From the NCBI RefSeq assembly GCF_041146345.1, contig NW_027191410.1:434001-498000 (forward strand): a stretch of DNA of 64,000 nt, read 5' to 3'. Below are positions 26,475 through 38,181 of this stretch, in pieces. The position numbers were made by a program, and so were the translations under genes. The notes below the pieces were generated by a model. It did not search any database, was not told the origin of the DNA, and saw only the letters and a program-made list of their open reading frames with translations. Origin of the DNA: Neodothiora populina (Eukaryota). The first letter of the stretch is position 1, and the number at the start of each line of letters is the position of its first letter.

Positions 26475-27305
26475 TCATGCGTTTGTCCTCGATCCGAAAA
26501 CATGTGCCTTGACAAACTCGACGTAACCCAATTTCCTGCCCCTCAACAAACCCACGACGTCCTGAGCGATTCCAAAGCCGAACCCGACCTTGAGGCCCAT
26601 GAGGGCGGTGCGAGCAGACGTCTCGACGGGGAAACGATTCCAGGCGCTGAATGCACCTGCGGTGCCCAGTGCGGCGACGACCGTACTCAGAAAGTCGCGC
26701 TGGACGTATACGCCGGGGGCCTCGCCGCCGAGCTTCTCGATGCCCAACGACGCATCATCCTCGTCATCGAAGAAAAGCCCTCTCCTCTTCTCCTCCCTCC
26801 TGCGTTCGCGGAACCCATACCACCCGCCCCACACAGCGCCTCGAAGCCGATCGACAGCCTCCTCGACGGCAAAGAAAACCCCCGTCCACGCCCCGACTTT
26901 GACGCCCATCTTCATGCCCTCTTTGATCCCGCCTAGCATCGCGTGGTAGTTCTTGCTCTTGTGGTATAGGTACCATCCTACTTGCGAGGTGGGCAGGCGA
27001 TGGGCGTTTTCGGCGCGGAAGCGCAGGCCCGCGCTCGTGCCGCCGTGGGTCGCGCCTAGGAGGAAGCCGGTGGCGGAGGCGAGGAGGGTGCAGAGGGGGA
27101 GGCGGAGGGGGAAGGGGGTTGTCAGGCGGTCGTTCGAGATGTTCTGTGGCTTTTGTTGTTCTTGGGCAGATGGTGTTGTTGAAGAGGTCGGCGGTGGTGG
27201 TGGTGAGTCGGTTGTGTTTGTGAAGGGCGTTGTCAGGGATGAGGATAGTGCTGGTTCGCGTTGGAGTTGTTGGTGGTTCGGCTGCTGGGAGTTGAGCGTC
27301 GTCAT
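26475..27305 (-). CDS. Conserved fungal membrane protein, Tim17/Tim22-like glycine-rich helices
   Basis: Single-exon 276-aa ORF with strong codon bias. It has Gly-rich TM-like segments and the motif GLRFRAENAHRLPT..GWYLYHKSKNY, which I recognise from an uncharacterised fungal family. The fold assignment is inference. Confidence 0.75.
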   Translation of the reverse strand: MTTLNSQQPNHQQLQREPALSSSLTTPFTNTTDSPPPPPTSSTTPSAQEQQKPQNISNDRLTTPFPLRLPLCTLLASATGFLLGATHGGTSAGLRFRAENAHRLPTSQVGWYLYHKSKNYHAMLGGIKEGMKMGVKVGAWTGVFFAVEEAVDRLRGAVWGGWYGFRERRREEKRRGLFFDDEDDASLGIEKLGGEAPGVYVQRDFLSTVVAALGTAGAFSAWNRFPVETSARTALMGLKVGFGFGIAQDVVGLLRGRKLGYVEFVKAHVFGSRTNA

Positions 27306-27658
27306 GGTGCTTGATGGTCGCTCAAACAGCTTTGGGTGGATTATTACAGGTGTTTAGTGGATGATAATGGTAGTATTGAATGGAAATGGAGCTTGAGGCT
27401 CGGAGGTGCCCATTTTCGCCGCAACCTCGGGTGATTGTGGACGCATCTAATCTTATCGTTTCTCGTGCCCAATCTAATCTTATCGAGTTACCTCTAGACG
27501 TGTTATATAAGCTCCTCGTCTTGCTCATCCTCTTCACACTCTATGCGCCACTTGACCAATCTCTCAGATCACTAATCATTGCTCTACACAGCTCAATTCA
27601 TACAGCTGCCTCAGCTCCTTAGATACTAGACGTGGAACAATCAAAGCGCTCCTTCGCC

Positions 27659-28354
27659 ATGCCCCTCGTCAAACCCTCGCCTCTGACCTGGACTCTACGC
27701 CTCAAGTCCCACCGAACCACTATCCTCCTGCACGTCTCACCCACCACTCCCTGGTCAGACATCAAAGCCGAACTGCTGCGCGCCTTACAGCAGACATCAA
27801 GCAACGAGTCCAGTCCCACTCTGAACGGCCAGCCCCTACCTTCTTCCGCAAACGACGTTCTGTTCGCCAGACTCATCGACCCAAACAGGCCCGAGGCGGG
27901 ATGGACGAGTCTCGGGCCCGAAGACCTCGATGCTGCCGAGAACAACGACGATGACGAAGAGCTGGGAGATATCGACGACGAGTTGTTCGGTGGTGGCAAA
28001 GGCAAGGCCAAGGCCACGTCTGCTGCGAGACAAAAGCAGAAACAGGCAGGGTTCAGAGATTGTCCTCAGGGCTGCGGACTACGCGAAAACGCCATTGTCG
28101 CTTTCAGATTCAGAGGCGCTGCTCCTGCTGCGCCTTCTGCGTCCTCTGCTGCTGTCGGACTAGGTGTCCACAAAGGCGCTGTTGATGACGAGGGATACGT
28201 CGACGAAGACATGGATGATGGAGCACAGCCGTCGCGAGAATGGGACGTCGTCTTGCCTCAGTTCGAAGATGTCTACGGTATCAACGAGCTCGAGCCTGAT
28301 GACGAATTGGCCACGCCGCGCGCGAGAAAAGTGGCCGACTTTGCGGGTATATGA
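27659..28354 (+). CDS. Conserved fungal hypothetical protein (ubiquitin-like N-terminal pattern, acidic C-terminus)
   Basis: ATG 27659 in GCCATG context. TLRLKSHRTTILLHV.P...WSDIKAELLRAL, CPQGCGL.....VAFRF and WDVVLP. GC3-rich codon usage. Confidence 0.7.
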   Translation: MPLVKPSPLTWTLRLKSHRTTILLHVSPTTPWSDIKAELLRALQQTSSNESSPTLNGQPLPSSANDVLFARLIDPNRPEAGWTSLGPEDLDAAENNDDDEELGDIDDELFGGGKGKAKATSAARQKQKQAGFRDCPQGCGLRENAIVAFRFRGAAPAAPSASSAAVGLGVHKGAVDDEGYVDEDMDDGAQPSREWDVVLPQFEDVYGINELEPDDELATPRARKVADFAGI

Positions 28355-29971
28355 ATGAGGGAGTGACTGACGAAAAGACAACCACTCATGATTCTGCTGG
28401 ATCAGTCATCATACCGCCACGGATCGCAGAGATGACATCAGTCTTCCTAAGCTTTGCCCGCCGTACGCCTTTTGCTGCTTGTTCTATCGACGAGTCTTTG
28501 CGACACGGACACGAATCAGGCACATACCCCATGAGCTCACCCTTTTATCCATCTTAGTATGTCCCAAACAATCAAGATCGGATGGAGAGGAGTACGAAAG
28601 AGGAAGTCGCCTCAAGCAACAATCTACCGCTCCGGAAACCCCTTAGCCAACGTTCTACCCCCTCCAAGATTGATCGCTGAAATCATGTGAAGAGACGATC
28701 AGAGAGAGAAGCAACAGAACCATGACAGACAAGATGACCATGCTTGGAATGTACCATGCCATTGATAATCTTCATAGCCATTAACACAAAATGGACATGG
28801 ACATGGACGAATCTTTATAATATACCTCTCCAGCGCTAGCGCATACATACTGCGAAAAGAGAGATAGGATCATACCATAGTCACAGTATACGATGATTTG
28901 AGTATACGACAAGCAGACTTCACGACAAGAATGATTTCCATACCTTAGGTACATCAGGAAAACAACAAACCCTCCATACAAAGCTACCCTACAATAAAGC
29001 ATGGTACTCTATAAGCTTAGGATATAGCGACTGACGCAGAAAAGAATAGGCCCAAGGTTGTGCAAAAGGTGGAACGAATCCCTGTCTATCTCTTGAAGCA
29101 CTCGCGTACATGTAGCTGCCAAGCTCTGGTCTGTTCCAAAGTTCGTGGTCCCCCCAAGCTGCAGTAGTCTTATCACACACACATACCCACTCTCCCGTAC
29201 ACCCACCGAGTCAAGAAAATGAAATCCGTTGGGTCGAATGATTAGATGACGCCTTTTCACATGCGTTGAACACAGATGGCTTGCAGCGGCGGAAGCGCGC
29301 CGACGAACCTTAGGCACAAGTACCTTGCCTATTTCACCGGCCTGGACCGACTTTCTCTTCTTCTGCATGACTGCTTTGTCTTTCTCATGCAATTTGATCA
29401 TTCCAAGCGAAAGGATCGAGGACCAAAAGTAGTGAGTGCTAGGAGAACAGATGGCGATAGGCTAAATCTGACGGAATACATCACAGAGGCGCAATATACC
29501 ATTGGCAATAGCGTTACCCGATATAAAGAGATACATACTCTATTGTGACATGGTGTCTTCATGCGGTGCGACAGTAGCGATGGGAGACAGGTAGGATACG
29601 GTACAAAAGTGAGACAGATGTCAGGGACCAAGCTCTCTCTGTCTCCCCGCTTGCACTGAGTTGTTCAACTTGGCCATGCGAGTACAAGTATAGTGGGGGA
29701 TTCTGAGCCGAGGGTTGCAAAATAGAAGGGAAAATTTCATCCCCACCATACGACAATACTGTACATAATCTTGAGATGCAAACGAGGTACGAGTACAGGT
29801 TTCAGAGCACAAGTAAGGTAAGGTAGCACATAGCTTAGGCAAAATACCTTAATTACTGTTACGTCAAATCGTCGTTCTGCCACACTTTGGCGTAAATTAT
29901 ACTAAAATCCGACTTTCTCTGGTGTGCTGCTGCCCGCTTGCAATTATCTTTTGTGCTGCACTCTGCAACAG

Positions 29972-30028
29972 TCTGCATCTGCAATCTGCAATCTGCCAAT
30001 CTGCCAATCTGCCAATCTCCAGTCTGCA
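29972..30028 (+). repeat. Short degenerate tandem repeat (TCTGCAA/TCTGCCAA)n containing three CCAAT motifs upstream of APRT
   Basis: tctgcatctgcaatctgcaatctgccaatctgccaatctgccaatctccagtctgca. Confidence 0.7.
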
Positions 30029-30376
30029 GCTAATACCTTACCTTCTTCTTCGTCTTTCCGTATCTCTCTCCCTCCCCATCTCCGTACTTTGCCTGCCTCA
30101 TCCGTTGCCCGACGATCTGCCTTGTCCCTCTCTTCCCATTCGTCTTCGCGCCCGCCTGTCTTCTTCGCGTCCGCCCGTCTGATTGCCAGAACGGCACGGT
30201 CCGCTTTTTTTCTACTTGTGTCGGCTCACTTGCCTGCATAGCGTCTCGCTGTCTGTCGCTCGCCTGCCAGTCACAGTTGTGTGCGCCTATCCGCCAGTCC
30301 ATCACTCTTCCCACACCGCTACGCTACACATCCCTCACCTCAATCTATCTGTGTTCCCCCTCTCCCCGCTTCCATC

Positions 30377-31299
30377 ATGTCTGGCACCCCCGTCTCGCAC
30401 GACGCGCATCCTCCCCACGGTCACCCCGACAATCAGGGTCCGAGCAGTCAATCTGCAGATAAACCATCCACTGCCTCTCATCCTCGCTCAGACAAGCCAG
30501 ATCCCACCACCTCGCAGCCTCACTCCAAGATTCATCCGCACGGCGCAAACGTCCAAGATGCCTCCCAGGGACGACTCTCCGCCTCCTCTGCCTCCTCCCC
30601 CGCCGAACTCTCCAGTCTTAAGGTAAAGCTGAGGAATGCTCTTCGCCAGTACCCCGACTTTCCCAGCCCGGGCATTCTTTTCGAGGACATCATGCCCATC
30701 TTTTCTTCCTACCAGTTGCACAGCGACCTCATCAAAGCCCTTGAGTTGCAGGTGCTCTCAGCCTTCGACAAGAAGCCCGATGTCATTGTCGGTCTTGAAT
30801 CACGCGGTTTCCTCTTCGGCCCTTCGCTCGCTCTTCGATTGGGAGCTGCCTTTGTGCCAGTCAGAAAGCAGGGAAAGCTTCCCGGCAAGCTTGAGACCGA
30901 GGGTTACGAGAAGGAATACGGCACCGACTTTTTCCAGATCCAGAGCGATGCTATCGAGAAGGGACAGACTGTGCTCATCGTAGACGACATCATGGCCACC
31001 GGTATGCTATACAGAAGACTGGCTTCTTCAGAACGAAACTGACGCATTTCACAGGTGGTTCTGCCACGGCTGCGGGCACCCTCGTCGAGAAGATCGGAGG
31101 CTCCATCCTCGGATATCTCTTCATCATGGAGTTGGAGTTCTTGCATGGTCGCGACAAGCTCAACGCCCCTGTCTCCACCCTCCTCAGCGGTCAAGACAGC
31201 GAGAGCAGAGAGCTTCCCTTGGGCCAGACCAAGGAGCCTGCTTCGGAGATCAAGAGTGTGCAGGACGCCGGTGGCGCTGCGGCAGAGACTCGTCCTTAA
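30377..31299 (+). CDS. APT1: Adenine phosphoribosyltransferase
   Basis: [39 protein letters not shown] and PRPP motif [13 protein letters not shown], which is split by intron 31002-31054. Stop TAA 31297-31299. Confidence 0.95.
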
Positions 31300-31792
31300 G
31301 ATAACGTCTAATTATCTGTGTTGTTTTCCCGGGCTTCATTTGATGTAATTTTGGACAAATGATTTTTTTTTATCATGGAGATATACCGCTGGATACCCCA
31401 TATAATACACACACACACACAAAGACACGATGATTACGTTGCGACATGGCTTCATACCGCAGATCTCGTACAAAAGCTTACATATACATTCTATCACTTT
31501 GTTCACTCTGTCATGCTATTCGGGTGTCGTCTATATGCGACCATAGGTAATCTCTCAAGAAAGTGTCATAGTGAGGCTTCTTCTCAACCCCTCCACGCCC
31601 AAAGAAGAAAAGCCCGAGATCGGAGGCCCGAACAGCCCACCGCCCCGCCATTGCCCCTCCAAACCATGCTTAAACCTGACTAAGGTAAGCACAAGGAAGG
31701 ACGCGGGCAAAATAAACCGACCTGTGTAAGTTGGGGGACTCACTCGTGCGAGAACAATCAATCACACCCAAAGCTTTACCGTCTTCCTTCCC

Positions 31793-32634
31793 ATGCTTCG
31801 TCGTCCACTTATACATATACTCAGAAGATCTATTGTCGTTCGTCCTACTCCCGCCGCTTCCAGACTCTTCAGTACTTCGCAATTCAAAATGTCCGAGATG
31901 CAGCAGATCTTCACCTCCAACTCCATGGCCCGTAAGTCTCCACCCGAGGATTGATAGCATGTGAGCTCAAGCATTGACTTTTGTTGTGTAGCTGTTGGTC
32001 CCTACGTACGTGGTGATTTTTCGTCTATATCCACATGCCTCTGTCCTCGGGTACAGAGAGGGAGTCAAGCGTTGAGAAGAGCTCAAGCGACACTCTGCAT
32101 ATCGAACTCTTCGCATGCAGACTTGTTCTCTTCGATATATCGTGACACGCCTACCTCTGATCATAGACACTGACAAAGACCCCAATAGAGCCAAGCCATC
32201 AAGGTCAACGGACAGATCTTCGTCTCTGGCCAGATCCCCGCCGACAAGAACGGCAAGCTCGTCGAGGGTACCATCTCCGATAAGACCAAGGCTTCCTGCG
32301 AGGGCATGAAGGCCATCCTCGAGGAGGCCGGCAGCAGCCTTAGCAAGGTTATTAAGGTCCGTGACTCATCAATGTCTTCCTCCTTGTATTGTCATACAAT
32401 TCAAAGTGTGGAAGAAAGGCAATAGTATGAAAGAAAGAAAGAAAGAAAGAAAGAAAGCTGACTTTGGACGACAATAACCAGACCACTGTCTTCCTCGCCG
32501 ACATGAGTGACTTTGCCGAGATGAACGCCACCTACGAGAAGTACTTCTCTCACAAACCTGCTCGTAGCTGCGTCGCTGTCAAGGAGCTCCCTAAGGGCGT
32601 CCCGGTTGAGATTGAGTGCATTGCTCTCGCTTAA
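31793..32634 (+). CDS. RidA/YjgF/UK114 enamine-imine deaminase (Mmf1/Hmf1-like) with an optional mitochondrial presequence
   Basis: Exons 31793-31931, 31992-32005, 32189-32356 and 32482-32634 give [58 protein letters not shown] second in-frame ATG lies at 31889. The gene is not visible as a single ORF in the track. Confidence 0.93.
32429..32456 (+). repeat. (GAAA)7 microsatellite in RidA intron 3
   Basis: Read directly from the sequence. Confidence 0.9.
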
Positions 32635-33457
32635 GTTTATGTAGTCAATGACATATAGATGGACCACAAAAAGACATTTTTTTTTATCACTTATTGCTGA
32701 TCGCATCTCCATTGTATTATCGTCCTCGTTGACTTGGGAGCGAGAAGCTGTAAATACTTCCGTTCTCATTCCATCTTTTGTGTCAGACTCGTGGCTGAGA
32801 TGGACGCAGTAATATGGGAGAAACAGAACACCATAGCACAGCAAACCAAGACATGCTGGGCCCTAAATTGCCGTGTTCAAGGCGCGCGCTGTAGTCTACT
32901 ACTGTACCGTACAGTACTGTCCCGTTCGAGCAAGATACTATACGGGCGAGTCGGGCTCGGGACTGAGTTCCCTAAATCCAGCTAGCGCAGAACCTCAGAT
33001 ACTCTGAAGTGCTGTATGATCGCTCTTGCTAGACACATCGCCGATCAAGCATATTTAAATGCATGCGAAAGCCGGAACAAGAACAGTGTTCAAGTTACAG
33101 CTCAGTCGTGCAATATATATGCAGATGATCATTAGATCGTCAATAATGCCATATGTTCAAAACAATCAATGGTTTCTTTCGCTAAAGAGCCTCAAGCGCC
33201 ATACCCATCCAAGACTAGTGGCAGAAGTCACATCTGCTGATGGACTGCTCTTCCCCTAGAAACAGCTTACTGTATCATTACTCCGTTCTCCGGCGCATTC
33301 CCTTTTTCTTACACCGTTTGGCTTAGAATTACTGTACTTTACTGTACTCAGAGTACTCGCCAATTACGATTTTTACTGTACCGTACTGTACCGTACGGAG
33401 GGATTTTGTCTTAGCACCATCCGGCAAAGGTCCATTGGCCTTTGATGCTGCGACGCA

Positions 33458-35511
33458 ATGGTATGTTCAATGCTGTAGGAGTACATTAGCTTCGTCTTCT
33501 TTCCCCCCCCCCCCTTCTTTCGTCCTGCATCTGTATATTCAAATTGTTCTACCAAATCCACGCTTCCGTCTTGCCGCCGTGCTCATCCGGGCGGGCGTCC
33601 ATGGACCAAAAGCAAAGGGCAATAATGTAGTAGTATACTGCTGAACATGGATTTTGTTATAGGGCAGACATGGCAATGTTGATGTTCAAAAAGCATTCAA
33701 GGAGTTTCAAGACGACGAAAACCCGACCAAGGTAGGTTTCTACAGATGAATTTCTCATCTCTTCTCGTGTTCGTGTTGTATACCACTCCCGCCATCTCTC
33801 CTCGACGCGTCCACTGTACGAGGTTCTCACGCGTCACATACTGTCTGATGGCAACAATTTTTTTTTTTGTTCTTTCCCTCTCTTTGTGTTCTTCATAAGT
33901 AGGTACAAGGATAATGGCAACTGATTATTTACTCGTAGTGTAACAAGGTTCGCTGTGTGCACTGCGGGTTCGTACGTGCAAAGAACACGACGCGCCAGGT
34001 GGAACACTTGCAGGATTGCTCAGCATACTTGAATTCACAACAACAGCAGCAGCAGGAGCAGCAACAGTCGTCGCAACAACCGACACCGCAGCCCCCGCCG
34101 GGGCATATGAATGCATCTCATAACGGGAGCACTAACCCAAGTCCGACCATGAACAACTCTCCTGCTCACGTCACACCGACGCCTGGCCAGAAGAACTTCC
34201 TCATGGGCCAGAGACCAAATCCGAATCTCATGGGTACCCGTCGACCATCCAACAAGCGCACTATTGATGGAAACATCAAGCAGAACGGACGACCACCAAT
34301 GGGAAGGCCGATGCCTCCCCCGCCTGTTGCTCCCGCGCCTGTGCCTGTGGCTGCTCATGCTCCTGCTCCGCCTGCACAAGCCCCCAGTCTGGCGAACTAT
34401 CTCCTTACTCGTGATCCCGGGGCTTTCAGCTCTGCGACCCAGCAGCCCTTTTTGTCTCACGCAGGTTGTGGTACTTTGAGCGCAGGCGCTCTAGGGCAGT
34501 GGCTGGCGCAAGACTCGCATATCTCCAGAGGCTACATTAGCTTTGTCGGACAATTGATTGGCAAGATCAAGCTTCCTGCAGTGCAGAACAGCCAATTACA
34601 TCCGCTCTATCGCACCATGGATCTGCTAATCAGCGCGCTGAACAACGCGAGGCGGGAAATGAGCTTCTTCGAGGTGACAGCGACAAAGTACAATCTGCAA
34701 CTCGTGCGCGAGGAGCCGAGTCCCATCACAAAGGCCTATCTTGACCTATTCGTTGCATCCAGCTCACCGAGTGCAAGTCTGCTAGAAGGAATGGTGGTAT
34801 TATGGGCGACCCAACACGTATGTATTTTCTCTGTTGCAGCAACAATCATTGTTTCTTTACTGACTAGAGTCCAAATCACAGTGCTACCGTTCGTCATGGA
34901 CCTACTCGTCAACTTTCACTTCCACCCTGAACCAGCCCATTTTACCTTCCTTCAGCGTAAACACAGACTCCCACAACGCGGCGCTGCATCAATCCTTGAT
35001 ACCCAACTGGACCTCTCCTGCATTTGCCAAATTCGTCGATGCCTGCCGAGCAGTGGTCGACGAGCTAGCGAATGCCCAAACAAGCGGCAACGGTCGAGAA
35101 GAGATGGCCAGATGTGAGTGCGCATGGAAACAAGTGCTCTGGCTATGGGAGCAGAGTTGGCCCGAAGTAGACGGCATGGGAGAGGAAGAGGAGAGCGTCA
35201 GCGTCGATCGGTTCGGGAACAGCATGAAGATAATGAGCAGCGCCGGCCACGGCGGCAGCAGCGTAGTGAATCATCCCACAGCTACTGCGGTGGCAATGTC
35301 CACAGGACCCCCTGCGCCGAACGTCGCCGCAGGTGCCATGCACGAGCGAGACGCCGAAGCCGCAGACGACGACGACGACGACGACGATGAAGAAGACGTC
35401 GTCGAGGTCGTCGGCGGACGAAGAGAGAGCGGGTTGGTGGGCAGTCCGAGCTATGTCAGTCCGTATGGCGGGACGGGATTGCAGGCCGTCGAAGCCGCCA
35501 CGCATGTTTGA
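33458..35511 (+). CDS. N-terminal BED-like zinc finger + Q/P-rich linker + TenA/THI-4/PQQC (heme-oxygenase-like fold) domain protein
   Basis: Exons 33458-33460 (ATG only), 33663-33731, 33939-34817 and 34882-35511. Zn motif VRCVHCG..RAKNTTRQVEHLQDC. TenA-like motifs ATQQPFLSHAG.GTL....LGQWLAQD, RREMSFF, VVLWAT.HCY..SW and LIPNWTSPAF. Confidence 0.8.
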
Positions 35512-36091
35512 TCCGCGGGAGCCAGCCGAGCATCGTAGGCTCTTGTTTCCAGCATGTCCTCTGACTGCACTTTCGTATTGTCTTCTTCTTCTCATGTACG
35601 CGAAGAACCAATTCCGTACTCTAGCATGGCGTTCCGAGACGAGGTCAATCGGGGAGACCTTTTTTCTTTTCTAACACCTTCTGGACTTGTGGCGATGCGG
35701 TCATCTCCACATGTATGTCGTAGCATACACGAATGGACACTGCATGTTTGCAGTTGTCTTCTATTTCTTGATTTTTTCTGATGGAATGGTAGTAGATATG
35801 GCAAGCCCAGTGTAAGCTTCGAAGATGGCTGGTTGTTGGATCGTCATCTCTGTTGAAAGTGCTGGCTTGGCTAACTTGCCTGTGTACGGGATGTACGTAT
35901 ATCTCAAAGTAGATATGACACCTCACGGTCGTCGGTACTTGATTGCTCGTGATTGTCGTAGTCTTGCTTTTCTTGTCATTCATCTGCTGAGCACTCTACT
36001 GTATGCATGCTTTTTTTTTCTTCATAACGATTCATATCTAACGGCGTATACTCTACTGCTAGAAGTCCTGTGTCAACGACGACGCCGACGA

Positions 36092-37416
36092 TCAGATATC
36101 AATATGCTCATCGAAACCCCTGGGCTGCCGCCCCTCAGCAACGAAGCCCGTGTTGCTCTCCTCTTCTCCCTCTCCATCGACCTGCTCGCCCCCATCCTCA
36201 TCCCCCTCCTCATCCTCAATCGGAAACGTCAAAAGAGCAGCAACGCCGCCCAAGCCCTCCAGCCTCCTCCCACTCTCATGCATCGAGCTCAAAACCCTGA
36301 CCTCGCCGCCCTCATCTTTCCTTACCCGATCAACCAGCCCGACCCACCTCCGCCGCACATGGACGTCTTGCGCGCGAAACAGCGCATCACTAATGAGCAG
36401 GACTCCGCCTCCACGGCCCACGGCGCCCTTGGCGACGGCGTTCTCGACCTCTCGCGGGCCGTAGCACGCGCGTCCGTCGTCTTTTCGCACCAGCTCGTAG
36501 AAGCGGTCGATCAGCGACGTCTCGCGGGCGAAGCGCGTGTCGCTTAGCTTGGAGGTGATGGCTGGGGAGGCGAGGACCTGGGCCAGCGAGTGCAGGTGGC
36601 CTGAGGCCGAGTGGGCGACGATGGTCTTGGAGAGGAGCTGCGAGAGCGGTTTGTTGGTTGGTGAGCGAGCGGATTGCGACTTTATGTAGGATTGGAAGGA
36701 GGAGGCGGTGAAGCCGGGCGAGGCGAGCAGGATGGGTTTTAGGTCTGACGAGGAGTCGGACGAGGTGGATGAGGAGGAGGAGGAGGAGGAGGAGGAGGGG
36801 GGGGAGAGTCGGAGATTTGCCGGGTCAGAGAGTCGAGCACTGTCGAGAAGAACTTGTTCACAGCTTTGTCGTGGTCGGACGCGGGTTTGCCGGGCCGCTT
36901 CTTGGGCAGAGACACGGTGATTTGCTGGCGCAGGATGGTCTGGTGCGTCGTGATGAGACAGATGTTCGCCAGCCCTTCCTGCATCACCACCGCCCACAGT
37001 TCGGCTTTGGCGCTCTGGTCTAGCGACTCCCGCAGCGTGTCCAGCGCCACACTGTCCCATCCGTCTGCTTTTTCCAGCGTCAAGTTCCGATGCAGTTCGA
37101 GGTCCAGCGTGTGATGCGCGCCCAGCTTGACGTATTTGTTCTCTTCGGCGACGCGCCCGCTGACGTGCAGTTCGCCCGCCTGAGGATCAAAGTCGAGAGA
37201 GGTCACGCGCAGCGTCAATGTCATGTGCACTCGCTGCGACGACGAGGATCCCGTCGCTGCGGATTCCGTAGTCACTCTTCGGATCGCTGATGCTCGTAGC
37301 AGGTCGTTGGGTCGGATCAGGTTGTATGCGTGCCACATGTCTTCGGGCTCCTCTGGCAGGAGAGTGGCGCTGCCGCTGCCATCTTTGGCCTCGATGTTTT
37401 GTTTCATGAGTTTCAT
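36092..37416 (-). CDS. DOM34: Dom34/Pelota ribosome-rescue factor; frame broken at a G8 homopolymer (36797-36804)
   Basis: The N-half (LLPEEPEDMWHAYNLI, GRVAEENKYVKLGAHHTLDLE, AVVMQEGLANIC) and C-half (ILLASPGF, HSASGH, ACYGPREVE, LLISDALFR, VRVLSSMHESGRRLEGLGGVAALLTFP) lie in different frames. One extra C on the minus strand joins them. Confidence 0.92.
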
Positions 37417-38181
37417 GCTGGACTTGGTCGGATTTCATATACTTCTGTATGCTGTATGAGAGGTTGATTTGGTGGTGGTGAATGCACAGCAGAAGGTGAG
37501 ACTCGAATAATTGTAGACTTTGGGCAAAAAATCATTGGTATACAGTATTGTTATAGCATACATCAAACATGACCCGAAAAGCTTATATGCAGTTTACAAC
37601 CGTGGATATCCTCATGGGACTGCGGAAACTAATCACCACCGCTTTGCACGCTGTCGAGGGGTATAGTGGGGTTGATGATTGAGTAAAAGATAAGGCCCAA
37701 AGGCGGTGAAGCACAATCGTCCCTTCTACGGAGTCTCGTCTTGTACAAGGCGTACACAAGGGCAAGGAGTCGCAGGTAAACATGCATAAGATCAATCTCG
37801 CATTGATGAATGCAATCACCCGACGTCATGAGTCAAAGGAAAGTCTCGGCTTCGATGACTCGAGTCGTCCCGTTTCTGGGCGGTGGTATTGGCAGAAGGA
37901 AGGATTATTCCTCTCAACAACAATGTTACTCATATACACTTCCCTTGCCTTTTGTTCCCTTTTTATTTGTGAGAGCGTTCTTGCTTTGTCTGTCACCCAA
38001 ACACAACGGCAACACAATCAATCTGTCGACATCTGCGGTCTTGCAACAGAAATCACTGCGCTCCGCGTCCAGTCACTATTCGCCACACCGTAAAGTACGA
38101 AAAGCAGCTCTGCGATATAGCCATGAATCCATTGAGCCAAGAATCTCTCCTAGATCAAGTCCAAGGTATCAGGTAAAAACT

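Noticed and set aside
35825..36547. 240-aa plus-strand ORF, and similar long antisense ORFs over GC-rich genes
   Set aside because: These are shadows of the codon bias of Dom34 and other real genes on the opposite strand, with no domain signal.
36745..36840. Intron that might repair the Dom34 frameshift
   Set aside because: The best GT..AG candidate has a poor donor (GTGCTC), removes a conserved-looking helix and leads straight to a stop.
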